A stretch of DNA of 63,422 nt from an uncultured bacterium (GCA_964571965.1 CAZNFQ010000003.1:1-63422), one strand, 5' to 3'. Counted from the stretch's first letter, positions 46,840 through 56,965 are shown. The notes: generated by a model from the sequence alone, not told the origin. Program-made: numbers and translations.

Positions 46840-48261
46840 CTACACCGGATTTCCGCTTGCCTCCACCAGGCTTTCCACGGAGCCGATTTCCACGAAGGAC
46901 ACTCCTTTGCTCCTTCCGAAGTTCCCGGCCACCACCACCACTCTGTCCTCATTATGCAGTTTCCCTCTTTCAACAAGCTGCTTAAGAGCTTTGCCCACGA
47001 ACTCATGGGTAATATTGCCGGGCTCCATGTATCGGGCTCGAACTCCGTAGGACATTGCCAGATGACGGACGGTTTCCCTGCTGTAGCACTGTGCGTAAAT
47101 GGTCCGGTTACCCCGGTATGCGGAAAGGCTTCGGATCGTTCGGCCGGAGGTTGTGTCCGCTATCACCGCTTTTACATCAAGCTCCACTGAAGCTTCCACG
47201 GCAGCCTTGATAAGAAATGCCGATATCTCGTTGTTGATAACCGCCACTGGAATGTCGTTAAAAGGCGACTTGCTCTTCTCCACCTCTTCGGCGATGGCTG
47301 CCATTGCCTTCACTGACTCAACGGGGTATTCACCCACTGCAGTTTCGCCGCTGAGCATCACCGCATCTGTCTGATCATATATGGCACCTGCAACATCGTT
47401 AACCTCAGCGCGGGTAGGTCTGGGGTCTTCGATCATGCTGTGCAGCATCTGGGTTGCGATTATCACCGGTTTTCTCCGCTGAATGCACTTTTTGATCAGC
47501 GATTTCTGAATACCCGGAACCCTTTCGAAGGGTATTTCTATGGCAAGGTCCCCCCTGGCAACCATAACCCCGTATGCCACATCAAGGATCTCATCTATGT
47601 TATCCACACCGCTCTGATTCTCGATCTTGGCAATCACCTTTATTGAGCTGTCATAACCGTCGAGAATATCCTGTACCGCCTTCACATCAGCTCTGTTACG
47701 CACAAATGAATGGGCGATGAAGTCCAGTCGGTTCTCCACGGAAAAGGCAATGTATTCACGATCCTTCGCACTTACAGATGGCAGCCCGATGTGAACATTG
47801 GGAATATTTACGCTCTTCTTTCCCCGTATCGTTCCTTCATTCAATACCCGGCATAGAAGGCAGCTGCCGCAGGCATCCACTGCTGTAAGGGCAATATCCC
47901 CGTCGTCAATCAGTATCCTGCTCCCCATGGGAACATCCGTAGAGAATCCCCTGTGTGTAACCGGAATGCACACGTCCGAACAATCGGAATCACCGCCGCA
48001 CAATTTGATCATATCCCCGGTTTTAACCTGAACAGGCGAAGGGAGCAGACCCGTTCTTATCTCAGGTCCCTTGGTATCCATCATGATAGCTATTCTTTCA
48101 GAAACGGCGCGAACTGAATCAACTATCCTGAGCGAGCCTTCAAGAGACTGATGCGCAGAGTTCAATCTCACCACGTTCATCCCATTCTCATAAAGCTCTC
48201 TGATAAAATCTTCAGAACAGTTCAGATCTGAAATGGTGGCGACTATTTTCGTTTTTTTCAT
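46840..48261 (-). CDS. pyk: Pyruvate kinase
   Basis: KTKIVATI, RLNSAH, DTKGPEIRT, AKIEN, MVARGDL, ATQMLHSM, VMLSGETA. Start moved to ATG 48261. Confidence 0.97.
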   Translation of the reverse strand: MKKTKIVATISDLNCSEDFIRELYENGMNVVRLNSAHQSLEGSLRIVDSVRAVSERIAIMMDTKGPEIRTGLLPSPVQVKTGDMIKLCGGDSDCSDVCIPVTHRGFSTDVPMGSRILIDDGDIALTAVDACGSCLLCRVLNEGTIRGKKSVNIPNVHIGLPSVSAKDREYIAFSVENRLDFIAHSFVRNRADVKAVQDILDGYDSSIKVIAKIENQSGVDNIDEILDVAYGVMVARGDLAIEIPFERVPGIQKSLIKKCIQRRKPVIIATQMLHSMIEDPRPTRAEVNDVAGAIYDQTDAVMLSGETAVGEYPVESVKAMAAIAEEVEKSKSPFNDIPVAVINNEISAFLIKAAVEASVELDVKAVIADTTSGRTIRSLSAYRGNRTIYAQCYSRETVRHLAMSYGVRARYMEPGNITHEFVGKALKQLVERGKLHNEDRVVVVAGNFGRSKGVSFVEIGSVESLVEASGNPV

Positions 48262-48333
48262 AACGCACTCCCGGATATTGCCTGCCTGGTTACAGAACAT
48301 TCCCTGTATAGTATAACCAACCATGGGCAATGC

Positions 48334-48630
48334 ATGCGATTCATGGAAAAATGGTCAAGGGATGGTTTACAGCAGGTGATGAAAAAACTCAGGGACGATT
48401 TCAAAACTTACAAGGCGGTAATGGCCGACCCCAGGTGTCCAGGATCGGCAAAGCTTCTTCTGGGAGCCGCTGCCGCCTATGCATTATCTCCCGTAGACCT
48501 GATACCGGACTTCATACCCGTTCTGGGCCAGCTGGACGATCTGATCATAGTTCCCCTGCTTATCCGGCTTGCCCTGAAGAGAATTCCCCGGGAGCTTGTG
48601 GACGAGCACCGTCGTTCAACTGTTGATTGA
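48334..48630 (+). CDS. YkvA/DUF1232 family membrane protein
   Basis: YALSPVDLIPDFIPVLGQLDD signature. Confidence 0.9.
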   Translation: MRFMEKWSRDGLQQVMKKLRDDFKTYKAVMADPRCPGSAKLLLGAAAAYALSPVDLIPDFIPVLGQLDDLIIVPLLIRLALKRIPRELVDEHRRSTVD

Positions 48631-49374
48631 ACCTTCCCATGCAGGCATGGACTGCATGTAAAGGTCAGCTCTTCTTCTTGCTTCATCAATGTCGATTCCT
48701 GTCTGCCACTGCATGAACCAGTGAGTCATTATCTCAAGGATCTGATTTCTGGGAAGCAGCTTTCCGTTCTCGTCGGAACACCATTTGCAAAGCTCTTCCG
48801 ATTTTCCCCGATTCTGCCGGTCTTCAAGTGATGTCATGCACGATCTGCAGAATTCTCCTGCTAAAAGTTGTTCGTGTCCTGCTTTTTGAGGACTGCTTTT
48901 GTGCGAACGAAGGTATCTTTCCAATGCTTTTTCCAGGTTTTTCCCCTGTGTTCCATTGCTTCTCATCGACAGAAGAAGGCCCCTCGCGAGTAGGTCAACA
49001 GGTGTAGCGGTTTCTTCATCTGAAATAGCGTGATTGTTGTCAGTCAGGCTCTGAACGATTTTCTGAATAGCGTTGTTCCTCTCGATACCGACGGAATCCA
49101 GAAGCTCCCAGGGATCTTTGTTCAAAGCCAAGGCAATTCTGGTTATCGTTCTTGTCCAGGCATACCTGCGTCTTTTGCTTGTGCCCGGCGCCATGAGATC
49201 AGGTAATTCCTCACCGTTGATGATGTTCTGTATGGTGTGAGTTGAGACATGCAGCTGTTCTGCGAGGACACGCCTTGATGAAACTTTTCCATCGGCTTCA
49301 ATCAACAGCTCCCTAAGGTATTCGTAAGATGGTACTTCAGCGGAAAGATCTTTTGCGCTCACATTCTCCTCCAT
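48616..49374 (-). CDS. XRE-like HTH protein with C-terminal zinc ribbon (Zn_ribbon_2-like)
   Basis: SRRVLAEQLHVSTHTIQNIING helix-turn-helix; FCRSC...LCKWC...MPAW C-terminal domain. Start moved to ATG 49374. Confidence 0.75.
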   Translation of the reverse strand: MEENVSAKDLSAEVPSYEYLRELLIEADGKVSSRRVLAEQLHVSTHTIQNIINGEELPDLMAPGTSKRRRYAWTRTITRIALALNKDPWELLDSVGIERNNAIQKIVQSLTDNNHAISDEETATPVDLLARGLLLSMRSNGTQGKNLEKALERYLRSHKSSPQKAGHEQLLAGEFCRSCMTSLEDRQNRGKSEELCKWCSDENGKLLPRNQILEIMTHWFMQWQTGIDIDEARRRADLYMQSMPAWEGSINS

Positions 49375-49445
49375 TGCTGGCAATAGAATAATCAGCTCCA
49401 GTGAAGAGCGCAACCGTTCTAATACAATAGCATAAGGGTATTCCC

Positions 49446-49493
49446 ATCGTTGTTGACAACGGGAAAAACTACATCAATATTGCTAACAACGAT
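49446..49493. promoter_or_regulatory. Candidate operator: imperfect 14-bp inverted repeat containing TTGACA
   Basis: ATCGTTGTTGACAA (49446-49459), 20 bp, TTGCTAACAACGAT (49480-49493); 12/14 complementary; in divergent intergenic region. Confidence 0.5.
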
Positions 49494-49523
49494 TAACCGT
49501 TTCTAAAAACAAAGGAGGATACC

Positions 49524-50144
49524 ATGAAATCAATTGCGTTGATCGCCTGCTTAACTCTTTCGTCCATTTCCGCAGGAATCACAGTAGAGTTGACCCCGGT
49601 TCAGGATGTATACATCTGCGACTGCCAGCCGGAAGTAACTAATCCCAACGGTAATTCCAACTACTTATATCACGGTCAGTTCGGAGATTGTTTCGATAGG
49701 ACCCTCATTCAGTGGGACCTGTCCGTTCTGCCTGACAACATTACCATACTGTCAGCTGAAATGATGCTTTACTGCGAAGCATTCTGGGGAACCCAGTCCG
49801 GCTGCCCCGTCTACTACATGATCAGCACAGAGTGGGATGAGAATACGGTAACCTTCAACACCCAGCCTGATTATGATCCGAGTCCTTCAATCACGGGATA
49901 CTGGCCTGATCCAGAAGACTGGTATTCAGTGGATGTTTTGACATTTGTCGAAGACTGGGTAAGCGGATCCCACAGCAACTTCGGCATATACTGCTTTCGG
50001 GAAGGAACAACAGGAACATGCGTTCCAGGTTTCTGGTCCAGCAACTACTCTGATGAGGCTCTTCGCCCCAGACTGGTGATAGAATACCAGGACCTTAGCT
50101 TAGTGAGCAGCACCTGGGGTTATCTGAAAACCCTTCTCCGGTAA
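49524..50144 (+). CDS. Secreted DNRLRE/CBM96-like domain protein with C-terminal TWGxLK motif
   Basis: Signal peptide; VQDVYI, DRTLIQWDLS, RPRLVIEY pattern; ends SLVSSTWGYLKTLLR; AAGGAGG RBS. Confidence 0.78.
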   Translation: MKSIALIACLTLSSISAGITVELTPVQDVYICDCQPEVTNPNGNSNYLYHGQFGDCFDRTLIQWDLSVLPDNITILSAEMMLYCEAFWGTQSGCPVYYMISTEWDENTVTFNTQPDYDPSPSITGYWPDPEDWYSVDVLTFVEDWVSGSHSNFGIYCFREGTTGTCVPGFWSSNYSDEALRPRLVIEYQDLSLVSSTWGYLKTLLR

Positions 50145-50273
50145 AGGATCCATATCTGTATGTTTCAGGGCGGAACAGGTCATACTGAAGTGGCGGCGGC
50201 GATGCTGGCCATTCTGGAAACGAGAAGGTGAACGGACCATTCTTAAGGGTCCCACGGCCGTCGGTATCAGCCC

Positions 50274-51215
50274 CTAGCTAAAGCTGGTCTTTATTCCTCC
50301 CCAGGTGCTTCGCTGGAGGCTGGTTCCGCACATCCACTGCATGAGAAGCTCACATATGGACTGCACCTCGGAAGCATAGCATGCCTCGAAATCGAAGGTG
50401 GAGAATACGGTACCGTAAAATTCGCTGTATGAGGCAAAGGAATAGCTTGAATTGCCTATGCAGCCGCAGCCGCTTAGATTGTCAGCCCACCACTGCCCCT
50501 CTGAATAGCCTCCTGCTCCTGTACTGAAATTCTCCATGAGAGCGGTTCCGGACCAGCCCATAAGGAAGGAAGTCATCGTCCCGGATGCAGGGAAGGGACT
50601 TGTTCCGGAGTGAACGTCCTGGCTGATCTCTCCTGTGGCGAACCATTCATCCAGCCAGGCTTCAGGTACTCCGCTGTATCTGGCATCCTGACTGATGAAC
50701 ACCACATGTCCGCCCATTTCAATGTAATCCTCCAGGGTGCATCTGCCTGCATAATTCAAAGTAACAGAACGGTAGGCGTCGAAGGAAAGAACGAAGACCC
50801 ACTGATAATCACTCAGGGTTGCCGCATCGGGAATCACCTGACCGCACCTGCCGGTATAGCCCGGAAACCACTCCCATGAATACCCCAGGGCATTCATGGC
50901 ACTGCCCAGCCCTCCGTTCCAGTGGTAAGGCCCGCCGGAAGGCTCAGCCCACGAACTGCAGATGTCGTTAAGCTCCCAACCTGTTCCACTCTGTTCGAAA
51001 AGAGGATTCCAGTAGCTGTCACCGCAGGCATAGGCGGTATCAGGAACGTAGTCATCAAAAGCCAGGAAGATAAACAGAACATCAGCACCTTCTCCGGGTG
51101 AACCGGACCATCTGCCGGGGTCGCAGGGGAAAACGTCTCCCACTGCAGATACCCTTTCTACAGAAGCCAAAACCGCTGAAAAGATGAAAAGCATAAGAAT
51201 GCAGCCTGTTTTCAT
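50274..51215 (-). CDS. Secreted hypothetical protein with C-terminal TWGxIK motif
   Basis: Signal peptide; LSDYQWVFV...LEDYIEMGGHVVF (GATase/ThuA-like subdomain pattern); ends SLQRSTWGGIKTSFS. Confidence 0.75.
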   Translation of the reverse strand: MKTGCILMLFIFSAVLASVERVSAVGDVFPCDPGRWSGSPGEGADVLFIFLAFDDYVPDTAYACGDSYWNPLFEQSGTGWELNDICSSWAEPSGGPYHWNGGLGSAMNALGYSWEWFPGYTGRCGQVIPDAATLSDYQWVFVLSFDAYRSVTLNYAGRCTLEDYIEMGGHVVFISQDARYSGVPEAWLDEWFATGEISQDVHSGTSPFPASGTMTSFLMGWSGTALMENFSTGAGGYSEGQWWADNLSGCGCIGNSSYSFASYSEFYGTVFSTFDFEACYASEVQSICELLMQWMCGTSLQRSTWGGIKTSFS

Positions 51216-51398
51216 GAAGCCCCTCCATACAATTCTGGAAACATGAGTTTCCTTCGAATACCAGAGGATACCGACGAAGTGAGAATAGACAGTAAGCTCA
51301 TGCCCGTCAAGGAACTGAAGGATTCAGCAAAATAGATACATGGCATCAGGATTATCGTATCATTAAATTAACAGCATGGTATAAAAGAGGGGAATACG

Positions 51399-51908
51399 TT
51401 GGAGATAAGGAAAATGCACCCGGAAGAAGTCCATCTTCTCAGCGAGCTGGATCGTTCAGAACATGTTACCCAGTACTATAAAATGAATCAGGGCAGCATG
51501 GAATGCATCGATGTGAACTGGGATATTCCACAATGGGTAATTGAAGAAAAGCTTGAAGAGTGGGCCCCTGTGGCTGAGGGCTTCAACAACATGTGGGGGG
51601 CTTTCCAGCACGGAAGACTGGCTGGATTCGTAATTTACCGCCGCCACCTCACTGAAGAAACGGCCCAGCTGGCTCTGCTTCATGTGAGCAGGGACTTCAG
51701 GGGTGAAGGTATCGGCACAATGCTTATTAACAGAGCCTTGGAGAAGGCAGTAGAAGACGGTAAAAAAAGCATCTATGTGAGCTCCTGTCCCACGCGGAAC
51801 ACCGTTGACTTCTACATGGGGAAGGGTTTTAGAATTGCCGCTGAACCGAACATGGAGCTGTTCGAAATGGAGCCTGAAGACATACACATGGTTATGGAAG
51901 TGAAATGA
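51399..51908 (+). CDS. GNAT family N-acetyltransferase
   Basis: LHVSRDFRGEGIGTML, NTVDFYMGKGF. Confidence 0.9.
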   Translation: MEIRKMHPEEVHLLSELDRSEHVTQYYKMNQGSMECIDVNWDIPQWVIEEKLEEWAPVAEGFNNMWGAFQHGRLAGFVIYRRHLTEETAQLALLHVSRDFRGEGIGTMLINRALEKAVEDGKKSIYVSSCPTRNTVDFYMGKGFRIAAEPNMELFEMEPEDIHMVMEVK

Positions 51909-52153
51909 ACTCAGTGAAAAATGCTTATGCAGTCCTCATCTCCATGGCAGCCGGAATGCCTATGTTCATGTGGCTGGTGCTGGGAGAAAGCGGGGTAATG
52001 GGAGAGTTTGCCGAGTCCGGGAGCTACAGCATCATAAAATGGACCCTGATCGTACTGACCTGTATCTTCTACTTCATCGTTTCACCGTTCATTATCTGGC
52101 CACGAATTTTCAATGGTGATGACAATGGTGAAAAAAATACAGATGAGATCTAA
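51905..52153 (+). CDS. Small two-TM membrane protein
   Basis: 82 aa, two hydrophobic helices, ATGA overlap with GNAT gene. Confidence 0.65.
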   Translation: MNSVKNAYAVLISMAAGMPMFMWLVLGESGVMGEFAESGSYSIIKWTLIVLTCIFYFIVSPFIIWPRIFNGDDNGEKNTDEI

Positions 52154-52575
52154 TCTCCCCGGTCACCTACTATCTGTATTCTAACCTTCCTCAGTCTTGG
52201 CCGGTTATCGTGATCGATAACCACCACCTGCTGCCACGTTCCTGCGATGAGTCTTCCGTTTTCAATGGGCAGCGCCGTACCGGGACCCATTAAGGATGCC
52301 CGCATATGGCTGAAGCCGTTGTCGTCCCCCCATGTTTCAGAGTGACGTGATCTTACCGTTTCAGGGACCAGCCGGTTCAGGAATTCCTTCATGTCCTCTA
52401 CCAGGGCCGGTTCATACTCGATCGTAGTGACGGATGCCGTGGAACCTATGGCAGTTATTGAGGCAATCCCCCTGGCAATGCCGGAGTTTGTGACAACTCT
52501 GTTAACATCTTCGGTGATATTCACAATATCCGAAAAACCCCTGGTCTGAATGGTAATGGATTCACCGTGTGTCAT
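52150..52575 (-). CDS. YjbQ/UPF0047 family protein
   Basis: IVNITEDV, TTIEYEPAL, DNGFSHMRASLMG, GTWQQVV. Start moved to ATG 52575 behind AAGGAG. Confidence 0.92.
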   Translation of the reverse strand: MTHGESITIQTRGFSDIVNITEDVNRVVTNSGIARGIASITAIGSTASVTTIEYEPALVEDMKEFLNRLVPETVRSRHSETWGDDNGFSHMRASLMGPGTALPIENGRLIAGTWQQVVVIDHDNRPRLRKVRIQIVGDRGD

Positions 52576-52693
52576 TTTGCTCCTTTCGCTGTATTGAGTA
52601 TAAACTATTGGAGCTTTCCGAAGCAGCCGCTCTTCCCTGGAACTTCCCCGGCTGTCTGTGATAAACAATGACATACAACTGAGAGGAGAACGT

Positions 52694-53167
52694 GTGAACA
52701 GAATCATTTTTGCAGTTATTCTGATGGCAGGAGTCTGCTATGCAAACACACCTGAAAACGCCTTTGAAGAACTGCTTGACGCCCTTTACTCAGGTAATGC
52801 TGAAGGCCTGTACAGCAGTCTCTCCACAGAGTCCGTTGCCATGCTGAACATGATGCTGCTCATGGTAAAGGCCCAGCCGGAACAAGCTGCAGCAGAGATA
52901 TCCAGCGAGCTGGGCATAGAAATAACAGGAGAAGAGCTTGCAGGTTGGACTGCAATGGATCTTGTTTCAACGGTTCTTTCAGCACCGGGTTTTACCGCTC
53001 AGTTTCCTCCGAGAGATGACATCGCTGTTTTGAACTGCTCTGTATCAGGTGACAGCAGCACCGTTTTCTTCACTGTGGCAGACATACCGGAAACCTTCGA
53101 GCTGCTCCTGGTGAAACAGGGGGACAGCTGGAAACTGGACCAGAGCGTGATTCAGGCTGAGCTTTAG
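52694..53167 (+). CDS. Secreted hypothetical protein; paralog of 1..300
   Basis: GAGGAG RBS, GTG start, signal peptide, ends LLVKQGDSWKLD (NTF2/DUF4878-like ending). Confidence 0.75.
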   Translation: MNRIIFAVILMAGVCYANTPENAFEELLDALYSGNAEGLYSSLSTESVAMLNMMLLMVKAQPEQAAAEISSELGIEITGEELAGWTAMDLVSTVLSAPGFTAQFPPRDDIAVLNCSVSGDSSTVFFTVADIPETFELLLVKQGDSWKLDQSVIQAEL

Positions 53168-53313
53168 TCTTTTCAGAACTGAATTCCGTAAATGGGAACC
53201 GGGATCAATGAGCATCACATCAGACCTCTTGTCTGAGCAGGTAATTGTGCCATCATGGCTTTTTCAGTATCATTGTTTTCTAAGTGATTATCTGTCTTCT
53301 GAAAGGGTGATGA

Positions 53314-56300
53314 TTGAGCTACGACTGGCAGACCATGCTGATGAGCGATATTCAAAGTTTATCCGTAAACGGTTCCGGGTCGGCAGGCACACCACGCATT
53401 GCCGAGGGTGAAAGAAGACATGTTGCCGCGCTTTTCCTCGATCTGAAGGACTTCACTTCCCTCTCTGAATCCATGGACCACGAAGCTGTGCACAGCCTTG
53501 TGGGCGGAGTAATGAAAGTGCTTGCCGGTGTTGTTAACATGCACGGCGGTTATGTCGACAAAATTGAAGGCGACAGGATAATGGCCCTCTTCGGAGCCAG
53601 AAAGGCCGCTGAGAACGACAGCATACGTGCGGTATCCTGTGCATTGGCAATGCTGAGGTTGATAGCCGGAGCCGGGGAATACCTTATTACCAGGGGCATC
53701 GAGATCTCAGCCAGAACCGGAATAGCATGCGGCACCGTTACGGTAGCCCCCGATGCCCTTGGCCACCTTACCGCCATGGGTGACACCATCAACCTTGCAA
53801 GCAGGCTTGAAACCCTGGCGGAAGAGGGTACCATACTTGTTACCGGCCGGGTGCAGAGGGAATGCGGTGATTTTTTCACATGGCAGGAAAAAGGCGAGCA
53901 AAGCATCAGGGGAAGAATCAGCACGGTGCAAACCTGGAGGCCCACAGGCCCCGGACCTGTTCAAATGGGAAGATGGAACAGCTCGAAAAACGTTACTACG
54001 GCTCCCCTTACTGGAAGAAGCCGCGAGCTGGAGATCATTGAGGAGCTGTTTCAGAAGCAGAGATCCTGTTCCACGGGAAAGAACAGACTTGGGGGTTCGC
54101 GGCATATCCTTCTTTCTCTTCAGGGCGCCGCAGGCATCGGAAAGAGCCGTCTGGTGGATGAGCTGCTGCTCTGGAAGGGGAAAAACAGTGATCCGGTTCT
54201 CAGGGGGCATGCGGTTTCTTTCGCACAGCCCCCATTCGACGCCTGGATCTCTCTGCTTAGGAATTTTGCAGAAATTCTACCGGGAGATCCGGAAGCATCG
54301 GATACCCTGGCGGAGAAAATCAGTGAAACGGCCGCTTCTTTGCCCGAAGGAGAAATCCGGGAATCTCTCCTGGAATCCAGTGAACTTCTTACGGCACTTG
54401 TTTCCCTTGAAGAGGGGCAGGAACCTGATTCAGCGGACCAGATAAAAGACCTTCATCTTAAGATGATGCTTTCGGTGAGAAATTTCATCAGAGCTCTTGC
54501 CCGGGAAAAACAGGCAGTAATAGTTCTGGACAACATGCATAATTGTGATACCGCATCGCTGGAAGCTCTTTCCTTCCTGCTTAGTAACTGCCATCAGAGA
54601 GTGCCGCTGCTTGTCATATTCATTCAAAGACCCGGCGAAGAAAACCTTCTCCCGCCTGTAAAGGCTGACTATTGTGAGGTTCACGAACTTACCCTGGGAC
54701 CGTTAAGCGACTTTGACTGCAAAGGCATTATGCGCAGGATGACAGGCTCCGATCTGCCTGATAAAGCCGTTTCCTGGATTTCTGACAGATCCGGGGGAAA
54801 CCCCTTCTATCTAATCGAACTGCTGCGTTACCTGCTTGACTCCGGGAGGCTGGAGAAGGACAAGAGCGGCTGGAGGCTCTCGGAGTCAATAGAGGAAACG
54901 GTTCCGGATTCCCTTGCGGGGCTGGTGCGTTCCAGGATCGATTGCATGAACCCCCTTCTCCGCAGGGTTCTTCAATACTGTTCAGTTCTGGGGCAGGAAT
55001 TCACACTGAACCACTATAGGGTCTACAGAAGAATGGCCGGACTTTCAGACAGAATGGTTGAGAACCTTGACGATCTTGAAAAGAGCGGTTTTCTGGAAAA
55101 GAAACATGGGAATCAGGATGTTCTTTACTCCTTCAGGAACCCGCTGTTCTGTATTTCCGCCTATGATACCCTCCTTCATTTCAACAGAAAAACCCTTCAC
55201 AAGATCGCCGCCGAATCCAAAATAGAAGCACTTGGGGACAGCAGTTTCGGAGCTTCACCCGAGATCGCCTGTCACTTCCAGTCCGCAGGCCTTGTTCGCA
55301 TGGCGGTAAAATGGGGCATCAAGGCCATGGATCTCCATATGAAAGCCTACAGGAATCATGAGCTGATCAAGTGGGCAAAGACCATCGAGGAATGGATATC
55401 ACGCCTGGAGGAGCATGAGAGAAAGGAGCCCTTGTTTCAGGTGCTTCGCAGATATGAAGTTACACTTTCCATGATTGGAAGCACCAAAAGACGAAAAGAA
55501 GTTCTGGACAGGCTGAAATCTCTCACCTCGGAAAACTGCTGCAGTCAACATCTCCCCTGGTTACTTAAAGAGTTCGGGGGATACAGCTACATAACGGGCA
55601 ATCCCGTACAGGCAGTCTCATTCTACGAAAAAGCTCTGAAGGGAGCAGAGGATACCGAAGACCGTGAGCTGAAGGCGGACATCCTGAGCAGACTGGGGGA
55701 AATTGCGTCTGCAAAGGGCGAGGTCTCACTGGCCGAACAATATTTCTCAAGAGCTCTGAAAATGGCAAAAAGCATCGGTTCCCCTTCCAGGGAGGCCTCT
55801 GTCCTTACCTGCATGGGTACCCTCAGTCTTAACCGGGGCCATGCGGGAAAAGCGCTGGAATTGTACCGCAAAGCAGAAAGCATTGCCGCAAGCGAAAACC
55901 AGAGGAACATGAGGATGAAGGCTCTGGCAAACACGGGAATGACACTGAGCATACAGGAGAAGGGCGAAGAGGCACTCATGTGTTTCGAAACGGCTCTTGC
56001 GGAATCGAGGGAAATGGGTGACAGAATGGCTGAAGGTGCCATTCTGGGGAACATGGGCATACTTCATCAGAACCATGGCCGGATGGAAATTGCTCTGGAG
56101 TGTTTTGAATCTGCCCTGCAGATAGCCAGGGAAACGGAAAACCGAAAGGGCGAGGGCATCGTTCTGGGAAACATGGGTATTCTTCATAACCACCAGGGAA
56201 GGCTGATCAAAGCACGGGAATGCTACAGCAGATCACTGGAACTTCGCCGGGAAGCTGGAAATCGCCGCGGGCAGGCAGTGGCTCTTCTGAACATGGGCTC

Positions 56301-56841
56301 TCTAGACCTGGAGCTGGGCAGCATCCGTTCAGCCAGAGACTGTTTCAGAAACGCCCTTGAAATAGCGAGAGAAATTGAAAATCCCTCGGACGAAGCAGTT
56401 GCGCTGGGGAACCTGGGGCTTGTCCATCTGCATGAGAAAAGGCTTGATGAAGCCGAGAAACAAGTGAGAGAATCTATCACAATAAGTGAAAAGACAGGGG
56501 CGAAGAAAAATCTGGTTTCAAGTCTTCACACAATGGGACTGATTCTGTTTGAGAAAAAGGACAATGCCGGAGCGGAGAAGGTACTGAACAGAGCGCTTCA
56601 GATATCAGTGGATATAGGAAACAGACAAAAGGAATGCCTGATGCTGAGTGCCCTGGGCTGCATCGATCTTGAAGAAAACCGAAGGGACTCCGCAGCTGCA
56701 AGATACAATACTGCCAGGACGATTATTAATGAGCTGGACCTGGGCCGGAAAGACATGGAGATGTTCCTGCGTCTTTATCAGGGGCTCATCCCTGCTGGAA
56801 CCGGCAAAACAGCAATAGACATACCGGACAACTGGAAATGA
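53314..56841 (+). CDS. Class III adenylate cyclase - STAND AAA ATPase - TPR fusion
   Basis: FLDLKDFT, DKIEGD, TAMGDTINLASRL; Walker A GAAGIGKS; VLDNMH Walker B; GGNPFY; C-terminal TPR array (LGNMGIL repeats). Confidence 0.92.
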   Translation: MSYDWQTMLMSDIQSLSVNGSGSAGTPRIAEGERRHVAALFLDLKDFTSLSESMDHEAVHSLVGGVMKVLAGVVNMHGGYVDKIEGDRIMALFGARKAAENDSIRAVSCALAMLRLIAGAGEYLITRGIEISARTGIACGTVTVAPDALGHLTAMGDTINLASRLETLAEEGTILVTGRVQRECGDFFTWQEKGEQSIRGRISTVQTWRPTGPGPVQMGRWNSSKNVTTAPLTGRSRELEIIEELFQKQRSCSTGKNRLGGSRHILLSLQGAAGIGKSRLVDELLLWKGKNSDPVLRGHAVSFAQPPFDAWISLLRNFAEILPGDPEASDTLAEKISETAASLPEGEIRESLLESSELLTALVSLEEGQEPDSADQIKDLHLKMMLSVRNFIRALAREKQAVIVLDNMHNCDTASLEALSFLLSNCHQRVPLLVIFIQRPGEENLLPPVKADYCEVHELTLGPLSDFDCKGIMRRMTGSDLPDKAVSWISDRSGGNPFYLIELLRYLLDSGRLEKDKSGWRLSESIEETVPDSLAGLVRSRIDCMNPLLRRVLQYCSVLGQEFTLNHYRVYRRMAGLSDRMVENLDDLEKSGFLEKKHGNQDVLYSFRNPLFCISAYDTLLHFNRKTLHKIAAESKIEALGDSSFGASPEIACHFQSAGLVRMAVKWGIKAMDLHMKAYRNHELIKWAKTIEEWISRLEEHERKEPLFQVLRRYEVTLSMIGSTKRRKEVLDRLKSLTSENCCSQHLPWLLKEFGGYSYITGNPVQAVSFYEKALKGAEDTEDRELKADILSRLGEIASAKGEVSLAEQYFSRALKMAKSIGSPSREASVLTCMGTLSLNRGHAGKALELYRKAESIAASENQRNMRMKALANTGMTLSIQEKGEEALMCFETALAESREMGDRMAEGAILGNMGILHQNHGRMEIALECFESALQIARETENRKGEGIVLGNMGILHNHQGRLIKARECYSRSLELRREAGNRRGQAVALLNMGSLDLELGSIRSARDCFRNALEIAREIENPSDEAVALGNLGLVHLHEKRLDEAEKQVRESITISEKTGAKKNLVSSLHTMGLILFEKKDNAGAEKVLNRALQISVDIGNRQKECLMLSALGCIDLEENRRDSAAARYNTARTIINELDLGRKDMEMFLRLYQGLIPAGTGKTAIDIPDNWK

Positions 56842-56965
56842 ACTGATTTTATCAGAAAGACGAACAGCTGAAAAAATCCCTTCAGGGAGGGCCGGAACGG
56901 CCAGGTTCACGGAAAAACTTCCACGATGTATATTCGCACATACGAAAACGATTGGAGCGAATGGA

